Shown: one piece after another, positions 53,766-54,454 of the stretch
Layout: the number at the start of each line of letters is the position of its first letter
How positions within the stretch are numbered: position 1 is the stretch's first letter
NCBI GenBank assembly: GCA_964608745.1
Contig: CAZSPC010000002.1
Location: 1-54,454 of the forward strand
Source of the DNA: an uncultured Candidatus Saccharibacteria bacterium
Lineage (GTDB): Bacteria; Patescibacteriota; Minisyncoccia; Phycocordibacterales; UBA12079
DNA: 54,454 bases
Direction: 5' to 3'
Program-made: the position numbers and the translations under genes
Notes under the pieces: model-generated
The model's input: the letters and a program-made list of their open reading frames with translations, nothing else
Told to the model about the DNA's origin: nothing
The model's database searches: none

Positions 53766-54380
53766 ATGAACAACATTTATTATTATGCAATAGCAGTTAT
53801 TGTAATATTAGCAATTTTTATAATCCCCAAATTTATGGATAAATCAGAAAATAAAGAAGCTGAATTGGTGGGCGGGGCTGTTTCCGCTGAAAACCAATCT
53901 TATAATGGAGCAATTTTAAAAACTAATCACGGTAATATTGAGATTAGTTTTATGTCTAGCGATGCTCCACAGACAGTTAATAATTTTATTAAATTAGCCG
54001 ATAGTGATTTTTATGATAATACAAGATTCCATCGCGTGATTGACGGGTTTATGATTCAGGGTGGCGATCCTTTAAGTAAGGATGAAAGTATGAAAGATAG
54101 GTGGGGAACAGGTGGTCCTGGATATACATTTAATGATGAAATTCATAAAAATAATCAAAATGTAATCGGAACTATTTCTATGGCAAATGCTGGACCTAAT
54201 ACAAACGGAAGTCAATTTTTTATTAACACTAACGACAATAATTTTCTTGATGACAAACATACAGTATTCGGAAAAGTTGTGAACGGTATGGATGTCGTAG
54301 GGAAAATAAGTAAAGTTGCCACCGAAGGAGCTGATAGACCGGTTGGGGATGTTGTTATTAGCAATATTATTTTGAAATAA
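53766..54380 (+). CDS. Cyclophilin-type peptidyl-prolyl cis-trans isomerase, membrane anchored
   Basis: TM helix followed by FHRVIDGFMIQGGDP, GTISMANAGPNTNGSQFFI and HTVFGKVVNGMDVV. ATG 53766 is preferred because TTG 53700 lies in the repeat. Confidence 0.9.
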   Translation: MNNIYYYAIAVIVILAIFIIPKFMDKSENKEAELVGGAVSAENQSYNGAILKTNHGNIEISFMSSDAPQTVNNFIKLADSDFYDNTRFHRVIDGFMIQGGDPLSKDESMKDRWGTGGPGYTFNDEIHKNNQNVIGTISMANAGPNTNGSQFFINTNDNNFLDDKHTVFGKVVNGMDVVGKISKVATEGADRPVGDVVISNIILK

Positions 54381-54419
54381 ATAAATAATTCCAAAATTGA
54401 GACTTAATAGACAATTCTG

Positions 54420-54454
54420 GCTCCTGAGAAATTAATTCTCAGGAGCTTTTCTGT
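54420..54454 (+). terminator. Rho-independent terminator
   Basis: gctcctgagaa-attaa-ttctcaggagc followed by ttttctgt. Confidence 0.75.

Overview
AT-rich bacterial window, roughly one-third GC by eye. Most intergenic regions are short and there are many small membrane or secreted hypothetical proteins. Gene content looks like a reduced-genome Patescibacteria/CPR-type organism; this is inference and no search was run. The housekeeping backbone is an ABC ATPase, tRNA-Gln, a DnaQ-like exonuclease, an ECF sigma/anti-sigma pair, engB, a ZIP transporter, rel (RSH), pheS and pheT, gyrB, truB, hsp20, PrsW, valS, an M15 peptidase, a pilin-like protein, an FtsX/ABC pair, tRNA-Asn, two M14 peptidases, hpf and a cyclophilin. 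Accessory pieces are a RhuM-Fic protein plus a C39-like peptidase, an HTH/Doc toxin-antitoxin pair, a GIY-YIG gene next to DUF2779, and a decayed integrative island of about 5-6 kb beside tRNA-Asn. That island carries a truncated serine recombinase and an ATP-grasp / His-phosphatase / Nudix cassette. The most unusual observations are: (1) an NlpC/P60 domain inserted inside PheT; (2) non-coding structured repeat units arrayed behind tRNA-Gln and tRNA-Asn, each ending in a copy of the local tRNA 3' end; (3) palindromic elements inserted in frame in valS, truB and pheT; (4) two GC-rich candidate RNAs with consensus promoters and terminators, one a long leader and one stand-alone; (5) locus-specific heptamer-periodic arrays upstream of many genes; (6) a set of small ORFs with strong Shine-Dalgarno sites in a genome where most genes have none. 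No CRISPR array or rRNA gene was seen.
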